A DNA stretch of 64,000 bases from Utricularia gibba (GCA_002189035.1 NEEC01000007.1:2480001-2544000); one strand, 5' to 3'. Shown: positions 26,747 to 41,100, counted from the stretch's first letter. The notes: a model not told the origin generated them from the letters alone. Numbers and translations are program-made.

Positions 26747-28016
26747 AAATGAAAATCAAGTATATTTCTTACCCAACATCAGAAAATTGGGGGAGCCAGT
26801 GATGGCCAATAACTTTGTGCATTGAGGAATGTGATCCTCTTTTGCCCCAGAAGTATGAATTCTAGTTTTTTTAAAAAAAAAAAACATTTCTAAATGCAAT
26901 ACGCAGAGGAAATATAAATATAAGTTTACTAATTTTTTTAAGACAAAAAATGACGAAAATGGAGAAGGTAGTTCTATCCCAATTCCACACCTACTCAAAT
27001 GAAGATGAAGAAGATAATGCAAATACTTTGGGATAACAATGAGAACCCCATTACATGATTTCAACCAATATTAAAAAAGATTAAGTGGATTTAATCAAGC
27101 AATAAAATTTGATCTTATACACCAATTTCATAAAAAAATATATTAACCTTTTAGGTTCAAATGATCATCAACATGGATGACACAATGCGTCTGTCTCCTA
27201 CAAATTGGAAATAATCGACGAGTAATGTACATGTGTTATTGCTTTGTTTGTTTTATTTAATAATAATGTGGTTTTATTGAATGATTGGAATAATTGTGTT
27301 TTTTTTGTTATTTTACTCATGTATCTATTCATAATTGCTCTTCACACAATAATTCTTTGACATCCTATCATTCTTTCTTAAATGAGTCTCAACATGTGGA
27401 AAAGTGACATTCATGCGACAAGAACAAGAACAAAACCATTTGAGATTAAGAGTATGTTTTGTAGAGATTTAGATGCCTTTAATAATTTTTTAATTTTAAT
27501 AAATCTTGTTTGTCAACCAGAGTGAATTTAAATAAAAGTAAATGAAAGATGGTTTTATTTATTGTGGAGACACTTATGATATTATCAAGAGAGAACAAAT
27601 GTATATTCCCTTTTTTTGAAAATATCTTTCATTGATTTTATAAGGCTTGTAGGTGCTGCAATGTGCATGAACATGATTCTTGTTGAAACTAATAAGTCGA
27701 TGAATAGAACAAAAACGTGTGTGAAGTGCATAAAGTGCAACTACAACCCATATCAAATAGAACACCTCCTAGACCAGTTCAAAGTTGTATTTCATATTAT
27801 ATAAAATAGAATTAATTTAAAATTTTAAAATTGTTCTACATCATAATTTAAAATTATATTATAAAATTTAATATATTAAATTATTATATAATTTAATATT
27901 ATAATATAAAATATTGTTTTAAATAATAATAATAATAATAAATTATAAATTTATAATTAAATCTATTATTTTAGTATTGTTTCTTGTTTTCTCAGAATTC
28001 TCCATTATCACTCTAA

Positions 28017-28253
28017 GTACTTGTTTGATATGTGGGGATAATGTTGATTTAAAATAAATTTGATAAAATTGTATTGTTTGGTATGTGGATATAATTATAA
28101 ATTATATATGGGTATAATAATAGATTCTCATGTATGAGTATATATATATACTCAAGGGAGGTATGAATATTTTTATATCTATATATTTGGGTTTAACTAA
28201 ATCCAAATAATTTAAAACCATTAATACCTAAAACACATCAACCAAACAGGTAC
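28017..28253. mobile_element. Tourist/PIF-Harbinger-like MITE, 237 bp
   Basis: TIRs GTACTTGTTTGAT and ACCAAACAGGTAC match at 11/13 positions. TAA flanks both sides (28014-16, 28254-56) and the interior is AT-rich. Confidence 0.75.
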
Positions 28254-28990
28254 TAAATATGATTCAAACCATGAGATGTGGAGTTGTGGAGCGGCCTCCC
28301 CCGGGCAGGCAAGTTATTTATTCATTTTCTCTGAAATGGTTGTTTCATTAAACCCATTCGGATTCTTATAGAATAACTGCAAACAGTATTTGTGAAGTGC
28401 GGGGAGTGAATGCTTGTACGGATTTAGTTGAGACGTGGCGTTGTATGAGTGGTCGAGGGCCTTCCCCCCCCCAGTGCTCGATATGTTGTAATAATTGTAT
28501 TTATTTCTACTGCAGAGGGAGTAAGTAGTAGTACAGAATTCCTCCTCCACTCTCTTGTTCCGACTCCGCAACTCATCCCTCTCTGAGAGAAAGAAACTCC
28601 AGAGGTAGTGAATGCGTTTTTTGTGTTGTTTTGCTTTGTGGCTCTGTTGTCTTCCTCGCGCATTTTTGTCGTTCAATCTCAAGGATCGTGAAAGAAGCAG
28701 TCTTCAGATGGTTGATAGTTACCCGCCTTCTCTGTCCTCCTTAAATTTTCGCTTGCTTACATCGAAGGGGAGAGTTCTGTTGTTGTGGTTTGCTCTGTTC
28801 TACTTCTGGGTGGCTGATTTTTTTGGTCACCATGAGCTATTGTTCATAGATTAGCTGAGGACGCCCACCCACCCTTGCCCCCTGTTTGATTCGAAGCTGT
28901 GTGTAGGACATTGGCTGTGTATCTAGGCAGAAGGATGACATTCTGATCTTTCCCCATTTTGTTTGTCTCGTGATGAGTCAGGTGTTCACC

Positions 28991-30561
28991 ATGGTTGAGT
29001 TACACGGCGGAGGAGACGCGGCTGAGTCACGGCGGAGAAGAGGGTTCGACAAGCCATCGTGGCTCCTCTGCACGATCGCGGGTATGGTTGGTGACAACGC
29101 ATTTATTACCGAGGAGCTGTGATACCTTTTTCCTTTTAAGTTTTTAGTTTTGGGTTAGAAATAGATCTAAATTTCAAAACTTGGGGAGGCGAAGCGCAGA
29201 GAGACACGACACGAGTTATATCTTGTCTTGTTCTTTGTGTGGGTGTTGTCATTTTCGAGGAAGGTCCCCGAAATCAAAAGGCTGCAGATCCCTTTATGGT
29301 TTGAAAACTTGGACCATTTCCTCTTCCTCTCCCTTCCCATCTTTTCACCTTTTGCGTGTGCAGGTGGGATTTTGATTTGATCGATCCGTCGGTTACATCT
29401 TCTCTTTATTTTACCTGCTCTTCTGCATCTGCTGCTTCTGAGCATCTCTTCACTCTGTTATCACCATCCATCGTTTTAAACAAACCGGCGAATGACCTGT
29501 GTACTTATTTTATGATTATGAAACGGTGATGACGACACTCCTCTGGTTCAGCTGATCAGTGGAAGTGCATCCATTTGATTTTCTAAGGACTGTTTTCTGC
29601 TTTTCTTGGCTGATGGGTGCGATCAGATTTGGACGAGAGAATCAAAGCAATCATGAGGAAGATGCCAAGAGAAAATAGCAGCGACAGTTTCGGCGTCAGG
29701 GCCAATTCCTACTACCACGAGCGTCCTCAGCTGCTGGCATGTCTCCATGATCTCTACAGCAGCTACCTCTCCTTGGCGGACAGATACTGCCAGTTGCACC
29801 GCCGCCGACAGTGCTCATCGCCAGCGCCTGTGCCCGTCGCCGGCGATCGGAATGACGACGGGGAAGACAATGACTCCGATGCCGAGAGCTCATTGTCGTT
29901 CCAGCAACCTCCCCTGGCTGACAAAACGGGTGCTGATGCAGTCTTGGCTGACCTGGTGATGAAGAATGTGGAGTATGACATTCTTATGGATGAATTGAAC
30001 CTAGTGGAGAAGATGTGCGGAGAATCCTCGAGGAAGATGGAGCTGCAGCAGAACCTGCTGGATGTTCTCGAGTCTGAGAGACTGATTCTGCTGAACGACA
30101 ATGCGACGCTGGGATACAGAGTGACGGTGTTAGTGGAAGAAAACAAGGGACTGGCATCAGAATCCTTGTTTCTAAAGAGGAAGGCGGCCGAGCTCGCAAG
30201 GTGCGTTTTGAAGACAAGGGAGGATCACAGAGAGGATACTCTGAGCCGGAAGATTGAGGATCTTCAGGCACAGATTCACAGGTTGGAGAAGAGAAATAAG
30301 GAATACTACGAGCAGCTGACAAGGAGAGAATGTCTAAAGAACGAAGACATCAAGGAAAGGAAGAACAGGGATGGGAAAGAGGTGAGCTTGGAAGAGTGTT
30401 TCCGTGGTGGCGGCACCCTAACTTTCAGCAAATGCTTGAGCTTCAACATGAAGAAGCTTGTTGACCCAAAGAATGCAGCAGGGATGGAGAAGGGGAAGAT
30501 GTCTAGTTTGTGGGTGAAGGTTAAAAACTTAGATATGGTTCTCTGTAAGCCAAAAACTTGA
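28991..30561 (+). CDS. KIP1-like / NAB (NET actin-binding) domain coiled-coil protein (At1g48405/At3g17680-like), 2 coding exons
   Basis: Exon 28991-29081 (KPSWLLCTIA) splices in phase 1 to 29627-30561: DLDERIK, DSFGVRANSYYHERPQLLACLHDLYSSYLSLADRY, DSDAESSLSFQ, then coiled coil MELQQNLLDVLESERLILLNDNATL. Confidence 0.9.
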
Positions 30562-31655
30562 TCTTTGTAACTCTATTTGCAGACTAAGATTACCCTAACA
30601 ATCTCCCAGTTCTACCAGTCCCTCCAATCGAGCATAATAAGTCCATCAAGATATTGTAGTAAATAGAACATGAATAAAAAAAGAAGAGAGATCAAAACGT
30701 AAAACACTATGTCTAAAGAATTTGTTGATCCCATAATTCTAAAAGCTATTCGATAACTAATATTTTGGTATCATAAATTAATCGAATATATGCATCTAAC
30801 TTTAACTCTAGTGGGTTGTAGACAAAACAAACAAAACGTGAGTTTGATTCGCATACATATGACCCAATCTAATAAATTAAAATACTATGTGTGTACGAAA
30901 TTTATCTTACTCTAAAATACATTAAAATTAATGTGTTAATATTTCATATAAACTAATTGAAAATCATTTAAATTAATAATGTACTATATAATCATACCTT
31001 TTCCAATACTATTTATCAGCTAGCAACTTTCTACCAACCCTCTTCAGTTAATCTGAAGCTACAGCATAGCGTTTCCTGGATCAAGTGTGACTACAGTTTA
31101 ACGTGGGAAGGGTGAAGATATCAGTCAACTTCAGCTTGTTGAGGGCCACATACCGCTGTCATCGAATCTTCTACTCATTTGACTGAAGAAATCAATGGCA
31201 ATGAAGCCATGGAGGGGACTCTCTCCAGTAATTTTTGTTGAAAACACCCCTAAATGCATCTGCGAAATGCAGTTAGGAGTGCAAATTTATTCAACTCCCT
31301 TAAAAGAGCTTTAAGAGCGCATGTGACAAACTATGAAAGATTACCGGATGAGTTACCACTTGTTTCGATTACGCCTTGTTTAATAGGTAGGTATGAGATT
31401 CGTTTATGATGAGTTTAATAAAATAGTGTTTGATATATAGGTATATAATCATATTGCTTTGGTATAAATATGTGATATACTCATATATACGTATATGTAA
31501 ATCTAAGAAGGGGTGTAAGTCATATTATATGCAAAGAATATCATACTAGATTTTAATTTATTATAAACTCAATAATATAAATCTATATATCAAAACATTG
31601 TTTCATATACAAACCTACGTATTTGAGTTTAATGATAGAATTCGAGGGCTTAAAC

Positions 31656-32036
31656 AGGTGCTTTTGATTCGTGGGATAATGAGATATAATTAAATTGTAT
31701 ATCGTTATTCGATGTTTGGTTACGAATAATGAATTAATTATCCCTTGCTGCACGGATTTATTATCCCACGAAAGTAGGATAAAATAATACATGATTGTTG
31801 GGTGGGATAATTTAATTCCTTCAACAATACCATAAATATCCTTTATTTTTTTAATAAAAAACTTAATTCGAAAAAATAAAGACATTTTTCGTCATTTTAA
31901 TTATATAAACAACTATCCTATTTTCAATTATTATAATATAAACCAAACACATCAAAATACAATCCTATTTAATCTTATCCCATTATCCTACTTAATTTTA
32001 TCTTGAGATAACTTATCTCACTAACCAAACGCACCC
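31656..32036. mobile_element. Degenerate Tourist-like MITE, ~380 bp
   Basis: Left end GGTGCTTTTGATTCGTGGGATAA resembles the reverse complement of the right end TTATCTCACTAACCAAACGCACC. No clean TSD. Confidence 0.6.
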
Positions 32037-35000
32037 GTAGATTCATTATATGCCAAAGAGTAAAAAATGACCGTGAAACTGTGGTGCACTTAGCAGGGCC
32101 TAATTTTTTACTCTTTGACATACAAGCTTCATCCAAGCTGCTGGTGATCCCATTCTCTGAGGAATAAAGCGAAGTAAAATTACCGAGCGGGAAAACTAAC
32201 ACTTGCAAGGAAAAATGGCAAGCTAATAATGCCCTACAGAAGTATCTCCATATATTTTGTTTCTTTCTGAAATGGAGCACCTTCATATTCGTGGCAGGAA
32301 CATCAAGAAGAACAGAAAATGTAGAACATTGACATTTACTGAAGTTTACATTGAGCAGGCTTCGAGAAAGTTCCAACATTTAGGAATCCAAACCAATGAG
32401 CACTGCCATGGCTGGAAATATGAAGCTGAACAATGATGAGTGTTCCAAATCTAGCGTGAATAAATTCATGCGAACCTATTTCATTCTTCCATGCAAAACA
32501 TGTATAAGGATATATTGTATAGAAGTTATTTGATGATATAGTATATAGGATTTATATCCAAATTTATATATATACTGATTTTTTGATTAATTAGTAAATA
32601 TATGTCAGATTTGTATGAATATACAATTCACATACTCCTTTTTTGAATTGTTAGTAGTATATACAAATTGAGTGAAAGTTAGTTATATTTATATTATTCA
32701 CATATTCGAATTTTCTGTTTTCGAATATTATCTGTTATATATAATTAAGTATATAATACTCAATTATATTATATTTAAACATGCTAATACATTAATGTGA
32801 AATGATTTCAATGGGGTACACATAAAGATGTATCTGGTATCTTTCTTTTAGAATGTCAGCTCTACACTTATTTACATTGGGCCTGATTAGGGTTGTATCG
32901 TTCTCATTTGGGCTCATCTATCTATATTTGTGCATATACTTGGGACCCAGCTGCAAAAATTGCATGAACCCTCGTTTCTCTTTGAAGAGCCACAGCAGCT
33001 CAATTCTTCACACAGGCAACATGTTAAACCCCAGAACTTGCAAATACTCAAGTTTGAGCCCGACCACCCAGAAAGCCCCTAAAACACAGCAAGCACTATA
33101 TATTGCCTCTCAGGTGAACTTTTGTCATGGAGTTAGAAGCCTGGTTGAAAATTAATTGATTGCGATGCCACGAGAAGAAAAAACAAATCCAAGATTGAGA
33201 AAGTGCAGTAAACCCTAATGACATAGCATCCATAGGATGGGCCTCGTAGAATCAGACGCCAGTTCCATCTCGGTTAGTTCACACCAAACCATAAAAAAAG
33301 TCAGCCCCCTCTCATCCACTTATCTTCCATGATCATCATCAATCAGGGTTTCCATTTTAAGGTGAGTCCCTTAGACCTTAGATCAGGGTGCGTCGGCTCT
33401 CCGTCTATCTGGGTAGTAGATTTCTAGATCTGAAAGGTTCACGGTCAACCGCTGCGTGGCACCAAGGTGAAAAACCAAACAAATGATTTTACATAGACTG
33501 CTGTTAAAGCAAGCGCTCAGCGACCACGTCCAGAACAACCGCATTACCATCACATTATTGAGCAATAATCAGACGAGTGCTCCGATTGCTGCAGTTGGCT
33601 AGCTGCTCATTGAACAAACTGTAAGAAACAAACGAACTAGAATTTTCAAGAAAATTATAAGAATAACATATTAAGTTTAAATCAGTATAAATAGTTTAAT
33701 TTTAAAATTATTAAAAATATATTTCATGTTTTCAAAACCATGCAATGAAGATTCAAATAATTTTTCAATTTTTTTAAAAGTTAAACCAACTTTAATTTCA
33801 AAACCAATAAAATTTCATATTAGAGATTTTTGTATTTGTATCTAAAATTCGACAAATCTAATGGTATCTCTATTAAAATTATATCGTATTTGTATCTAAT
33901 ATGATTCAAAATATTGATAATTATATCGCATTCACGTATCATATGATTTAAAGTGACGAAGATTATATTGAATCTAATATTATGCATTGTTATAACAGTG
34001 ATAGAATCAAAATTAGTTAGTTTTGAAAATATGAGAAATTAAACATATAATTTCATAAATTTAAGATAAAATTGTTTACAAAAAATAACAAATTAAAGAG
34101 GCTATGATGTAATTTCTTTCTAATATGAAGTATCTTCACCAAACTCCACCCTATAATTTCTGGTTCAAAGTTCAAATGCAAAATAACAATAATCAGAGAC
34201 CTTTTTTTTATTTTGTAATTAATTATGAATGAAAATGAGCATAGGGCACACGGGCAGGCCGGCGGAGACCTAGGCGAGGGTATTAAAGAGAGGTGTTGAG
34301 AAAGGTGAAATGACGAGAATGGGCTCGGGGGTGGTGCATGTTCAACTGCAGAATTAAGGGCCTGGGAGGGGAGAATGGTCCCCCGTGTGAGAAACACCTT
34401 GATTACGGAAATAATGGAGACTTAACCACCCCCAGGTCGTCTACTGCTTTATTTTTGGGCGTAATAATACGTAAATAATTCCCACCCGTTACCGGTTTGA
34501 ATTATTGATTTATCTCTAAGTTTATAATTAATTACCGCAAATTATGTTGCGGGGGCTGGGACTCCGCACATTAAACACTCACCCCCCTACGGAACACCCC
34601 AATAATACACACACACCTTCTCATGTCGTCACCCTTTCATTATTATTCAATTTCTTGAAAACAATATTTTTTAGTGGTTAAATAATGTATTAATTTAAAT
34701 TCTGTGTGTCACCTTATGCTTTTACCTATCGCGTCTCGTAGGTGGAAATTAACATTATAAATTATAAGATGTTTAATTGATAGATTTGAATAAATATAAA
34801 ATTATATGGATTTTTATTATAAAAATTTTAAATTACTGTGTAAAAAAATAATACACGTGATCATTTTTATAAATGAGACTTTTTTTAATTCTTATAATTT
34901 ATTGAAAACTTCATTACCTATTACTTTCCTTAATCTCATTTTCTAATTACTCTTAACTAAATTTTACTTGAAAAATTAATTAGTTTATATTACATTTATT

Positions 35001-35357
35001 TAAATGTAAGAAAATTAAAACTATTTTATCCCATAATCATCAATCAAATAATATGAATATTTATTTATATGATAGTAGGTATAAAGGCCGTTTGAGTGTT
35101 CCATAACACGTCATTCAGAAAATTGACCATGGGGTCTTTCTATATCAATTTTACATATAATATACACTTTTATCACACAATTAAAATACATTAGTAATAA
35201 ATAAATTCGATAACATCGACCCTTTTTTTATATTCCTTTTTGATAATCAAATGTGAGTCGCGTGGTCTGGACATAAAGCTACTGACTCCGTCGGAATTGA
35301 ATTAAAAGGGGAACAGCGGCAGCGGCTTTTCCGGTAACTTGCGGGACTGTTTCATCA

Positions 35358-35501
35358 ACACGTGGCGGCAGTTATTGCCGTGGATAGTCATCCCGAGCCC
35401 CGCCCGCCCCCGTTTCGCATCGTCTCAACTCGACGCCGACGCCAGTGGTAAAAAGCTGCTGACTGAGTGACGCGGTTTCAGATAAACCCTCCGCACGTGG
35501 C
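35358..35501. promoter_or_regulatory. Two ABRE/G-box (CACGTGGC) sites in a GC-rich island upstream of SRS
   Basis: ACACGTGGC at 35358 (overlapping GGCGGC 35364) and GCACGTGGC at 35493. Confidence 0.5.
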
Positions 35502-36050
35502 TCGGTGGTTGGGTAATGGAACAATACCAAGTAAAAAGCAGGCATGCTCGCGTATGTGTCCCCTTTTAAATAATAATTTACTTAATTTAATATTTGAAGT
35601 TGATTTTTGAAAATTATGGTATTTATTGATAAGCCATGAGGTGGGATTTAGAAAATTGGCAATCAAACGTTATTGAATCACTCCCTAACACCAGGCCATC
35701 CTCCAAGTTGTTGTTAGATGTGATATGTGATGTAGGATTTAGAAAATTATAAATTTCGTATTTTTCTCTTACAGATCAATACATTCCAATATTGGGACAT
35801 AAAATGATATTTCATATTTTGTGTCTTATAGTCATTTAAGGTATGTAAAATAATTGATGGCAAATATGCATGTTAGAACGCTGCATATAGCAAGTGAGGT
35901 AATGAAAAGAATTGTTTTGGGTATTTTTTTTTTTTGAATAAAAATTTGATTCCAAGCTTTATATACACGTCCTTGCAATAACAAGCATGGCGAAACAGAC
36001 AAAACAAAGGATTGGGGGTGGGGGAAGCGGTTTGCTTTTAGGGAGGCCTT

Positions 36051-36056
36051 GGCGGC
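36051..36056. promoter_or_regulatory. GCC-box-like element ~410 bp upstream of the SRS ATG
   Basis: GGCGGC (GCCGCC on the minus strand). SHI/STY promoters are known to carry a GCC-box-like element a few hundred bp upstream. Confidence 0.45.
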
Positions 36057-36463
36057 GGGCAGAGCAGAGTGCAGAGCTGGGAATTCTGCTCCTTTAATGC
36101 GAACAACACAGCCACAGAATTGAAGGAAGGAGTGAAGCTTGTTAGATTTTAGTGTGTGTCCCCATCCCAAGCAATACAAACCCCACCGCTTTTGTCGACA
36201 GTTTTTCTCTCTTCAGCTCCGCCCCCTTCTTCTTCTTCTTCTTCTTCTTCTGCTTTGGTAAGTGGTGACCCAACCAAAAAAACAGTGGCAGTGGTTGTAC
36301 CTTGAGGAAGAATCAAGTAGCGTGGTTTATTTACTGCTGCTTTTGATTATCCGGCGGGCTAATGGTTTATCGGTCACAGTTAATAAATAAGTGTTTCTGG
36401 AAAAAAGCGATTGAATTGTTTCCTTCGTGCTGAGGAAGAGAGGAGGAGGTCGGGGCCGGGGGC

Positions 36464-37573
36464 ATGGCTGATTTTTTCACCCTAGGGAACGGTGTGGTGG
36501 GTGTAGGGACGGGGAACGCTAGTCTCGATCAGGATAGAAGCGCCGAGATCAATCCGGAGAGCTGGTTTTTATTCAGAAACGAGGCCGAGAATCATCATCC
36601 CCTCAACATGTTCACAAGGGGTTCGAGCTGTGGCCGCCGCCGGCTCAGGCTCAGGCGCATAACTTTCTTCAGGTTCAGGGGGGTCCGACGCTCCATGATC
36701 TCTACGCCTCGGCCGGTGGGCTTGGGGTGGGCCGTGGGTGCTTCAGTATTTCCGGTGGCGGCGATGCCTCGCCGAGATCAGGAGGGTTTTTGATGATGAG
36801 GAGCAGCGGCGGCGGAGGGATCAGTTGCCAAGATTGCGGGAATCAGGCGAAGAAAGACTGTGCCCATATGAGATGCAGAACCTGCTGCAAGAGCCGAGGG
36901 TTTCAGTGCCAAACGCATGTCAAGAGCACTTGGGTCCCCGCTGCTGTACGGAGAGAGCGCCAACATAGCCGGGCCGTGATGCAGCATCCAGACCAACGCC
37001 GCAGCAGCGGCGGTGGAGATGGGAATACACCCAAAGACCAAAACAAAACCCCACTGCTGCAAGTCAGTTCAGACAATAACAACAACAACATCACTAATCC
37101 TTCCTCCAACAACAGCTCTGTTGCCCGTGTCGCCACTCATATGACAGGTATCCGACTCTTCTTGTTTTCCATGGAGTTTCTTCAAACTCAGCACACCATT
37201 TTCAATAATCTTTCTCTGTGCAACTGTAGGATTGGAGCTTGGGAGCTTCCCTCCGGAAGTGAGCTTGGAGGCGGTTTTTCGATGCGTTCGAGTTACCGCT
37301 GTGGACGACAGTGAAGATCAGCTAGGTTACCAAACCGCAGTTAACATCTGCGGTCATGTTTTCAAAGGCGTATTGTATGATCAAGGCGTTGAGGGGGAGA
37401 CTTCATCCGGTGGAGGCAGCGTTACCGCGCAGCCACTCAACTTGATTACCGGAGCCACCGCCACCTCCACGGAGGCCAACGGGAGCTCCCCATTTCTTGA
37501 CCCTTGTCTATATTCTGCTCCCATTAGCAACTTCATCAACGGCACCCAGTTTTTCCCACCGTCCACGAGTTGA
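36464..37573 (+). CDS. SRS: SHI/STY-related sequence (SRS) transcription factor, 2 exons, with an apparent frameshift at 36599-36602
   Basis: MADFFTLG...[10 protein letters not shown] is in one frame. [18 protein letters not shown], the RING-like [40 protein letters not shown] and the IXGH domain ([20 protein letters not shown]) are in another. Intron 37148-37229. Confidence 0.92.
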
Positions 37574-37971
37574 GAGACCGCCGATGTTCGACTTGCCTTG
37601 GCTCAGGCGAACCCGATTGGATAAAATAATGACAATATTTCTCATTAACAAGCTGTTACTGAAGCAACAAGACAGTTTCGCTGTGATCCCCATTTTTATC
37701 TGCAACTGCAACATGATGATACCTATGAAAAGGCTTCTGTTTTTGGCTGTAGCCATAGCGCAGCACAGAATAGGGGCATCCTGTTTACTCAGTCTTTATA
37801 CTTAATGGTTGCTGTTGCAGTGTCCGCTCTGCTTCCTTCAATGTCCTACTTGAAAGCATGTCCGATCTGCAACTTAAACTCATTGATTCAGCCAGTTGTT
37901 TGTTCTTCATGCTTTCGATGAACTAATGCACGCATAATTTTCTTTACTGGAAGTGTGAAAAACCCTTACGC

Positions 37972-38184
37972 CATATATTTGGTAATAAGTATAACATTAG
38001 ATATACCAGCATTTCGGGATAATAATAATACATTTAGTAATCTGGAATAAATTTTTTTGGGATATTTTTTTACTTTTTACACAACATAAAAACTGTCACC
38101 ATCAATATCACTTATTATTTTTATAATTTCAATCAGTAGAAACTTACATCTGGATAATTTATACCGATATAGCTACCAAACATA
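37972..38184. mobile_element. Possible degenerate Tourist-like MITE
   Basis: TATATTTGGTA ... TACCAAACATA imperfect inverted ends around an AT-rich core. Similar ends occur in other MITEs of the window. Confidence 0.35.
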
Positions 38185-41100
38185 GTATTAGTTTGCATGA
38201 AATTGCAAAACAGGATAATGTTTTGAGTGTCAACAGTGTAATTTGGCTTAACAATCTACTTCTAAGAATGTTTTTGTTAATACGAATCAATTTGATGCAA
38301 AATTGATTATTTGAATTTTTTAAGGAGAAAACAAATAATTAAAAGTATTACTCAATAACCTGTGTTGTACATCTCAAAAAAGAAGTTAATTAGTGTATGT
38401 TTGGTAGTATATTATAATTAATAATATATTTGAGTTATTTATAATTAAATAAATATGTATTATGTGGTTAAAATTAAAACTTGTTTGATATATAGTTTTT
38501 AAATATATACATTTAAAATAATATTATGTTTGTTAGGTACATTTAAAATAAATACTTTATAAATTTGATTGTTTAGTAAAATACGTCTAAAAAGTGAGTT
38601 TTGAAACTACTATTTATGAGTATTTTATAGTAATTTTGTAAAACACTATTTTATTTTTAAATTAATTTATTAAATATATATTCTTATTAAATATTAGTGT
38701 AAACAGTTAAATCAAAATATATATTTTGAAAAATCAGAATAAATAAAATGATTCATTTTATCTAGTATTATTTTTGAAAATGAAAATTCTAATTGTTTAT
38801 TATAAAAAATAAGAAATAGATGTGTTTTATAGGAATATTAATTTCTAATTTGAAAAATGGAAAATGAGGAAAATATTTATATAGTAATAACCTGAAAATG
38901 CTATGGGCCAGTGTGTCGTAAGCTTATTACATTTGAAGGCGATCTGTTGCGAGGACATGACATCCCCTTCTACCTTCTTCGTAGCTTCTTCCCTGCCGTG
39001 TATGCGATACTGACTTTGAGGTAATCTAAATCGATTTAGATTTCAGATCTCTTCGGAATCGCTCCAAGCTCCCTGCAAAAATGCGAATCTCTGTAAGCTC
39101 AGGGGTGTAAAGGAACCACTATACTATTCATGCTCGCGAGAAATCTTCATCCACAGCGGGGTAATCTATTTGTCTCCCAGATCTAGGATTTAAATTTTCT
39201 TTTTTGTTTGTTTCGATTTTTTTTGGATGCGTCTTGTTTAGCAAATTATTTTCATCGTTGTTCTAAGATCGAGCTAGTAGTTTACTGGAGTAAGAAACAT
39301 GACATCTAGGTAAACTTTGAATAATTCTAGGTATTTTATCTTATGCCAGTTTTTGATGAAGAAAACACCAAATACTTACTTCGTTTGCTATGATTTTATT
39401 TTATTTATTTTTTCGAAGAACAGTTGATTTTTCACAGTTTAGGCGTTGATCACATATAGGAGTTTATCTTTTGTATTTGGTGTTGTGAGGGGTTTGTGTA
39501 AGATTTTATTTTTCGTAATCATAGATTGCTTATACGTTGCACTAACACCATGTCTTCTACAGAGGACCGACTCTTTGCTTGTATCTTCCAAGACTGCTCT
39601 AGACAGGGTAAAGCTGGAAGATGCTGTTAACAATGGAGCAAAGGTACCATTCCTGAGTTTTACATTCATTTGGAATAAATGATTTTGTAGCTTAACTATT
39701 ATATTAAAACTTACTGCTTTTTTAGAAGATTTAGTTTAATCTCTTCAAACATGACTCATGTTATATGCCACAATAAGCTGATTGGCCCTTTCAAAAAAAT
39801 TTGTTAGAAAACAGATGTGGAAATCAGAAAAAAATATGTAATGTGAGTCCATTGAAAAATAAATGTGATATGGTCCATAATGGAGTATCATATGATACTT
39901 ACGAAACAAAGAATGATACTGCACATGAGATTAAGAATAGTCCCATTTCAGAGTTTGTATGGATTACATTTTGGTTGCATTATGTTAATAGGAGTTTTTT
40001 TTTTCTTTTTTGTAGAATTCAACAGAGTTTGAAAATTGGTTGTCTTAGGGTTCTATTTTAATTTGAGAAGGAATGATTGTACTGATTAAAAGAGAGAGAA
40101 TTGGTATCAGTGATTGCGTACTTTAATAAATTGCTGATTTTTATTTAAACGTAACTGTTAAATGGAATTGTAATAATTACATAAGGGAATATTAAAACAA
40201 GTAATGTACTTTTAGAATATTTTTAATTTTATATAGTAGTTAATCTTGTAAAATAAGTTGGTGTATGAATTAGATTTTTCTAAATGATCCCAAAATATAT
40301 ATATATCGATGCGGTTTTTTTAAGCATTATGAATTGCAATTCTAAATAAACATTTAGAAACATGAAAAGTTTCCTAATAACATTTAAACTATTCGGACCC
40401 ACAAAATGGGGAAGTAATCAAAAACAACACAATAACCCAGGAAGGTTCTAAAATGAATAAACAATAAAGTTTTCTTTCGAAATCCTATGGAATTAATACA
40501 TTTCCACTATTATGTTCTAACAAATTATGATTCAATACTAATATGAAAGGCCCCCTAACCAATATTATGTTGTTCTTGACCGCTTGAGTTTATTACTAAA
40601 TAATTGGTACTGTTTTATCTTGTTTTTTTGTTGTGACCTTTTTCTACTGTTACATTTAGGCAGTGTGTAAGCAGTTTAGCAAGTAAATATATTTAATGAT
40701 GAAACTTCAAGGATGTCTATTCTATTAGCTGCTTTGAAAGCATTGAGGATTAGTGCTCACTTTTTCTGCTAGAAAAGCCAGGATTGTTGTAAAATTACGT
40801 AAATCTTTTTGGCATCTGTAAGTGAGCGGGAGGGGTTTCTGGTTTATGGTTTAAGACTTCGGATCTAGGTGCGTAGAGTCTAACCTAGAATGCATGATGT
40901 TGAAAGGCAATTGCTACTTCCTGTGGCTTTTCTCATTTTTTCTCCCTCTCTTTTTTCCTTCTTCTGGGATATGGATACATAGAGGAAAGGGATGGCCAGT
41001 TAAGCATCTTAGAAAATGAACTTTAGCTGAATTTATTCTGGATTTTTCAGCTTCTAGTGTTGCATCTCCACTGGAAGGCAATTCCCTCAACAGCCACAAT

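Noticed and set aside
31975-32379. 134-aa minus-strand ORF
   Set aside because: No domain similarity, and its 3' end runs into a MITE terminus.
37340-37365. ICGH instead of IGGH in the SRS C-terminal domain
   Set aside because: The motif is known to vary (IXGH); a single substitution is not remarkable.
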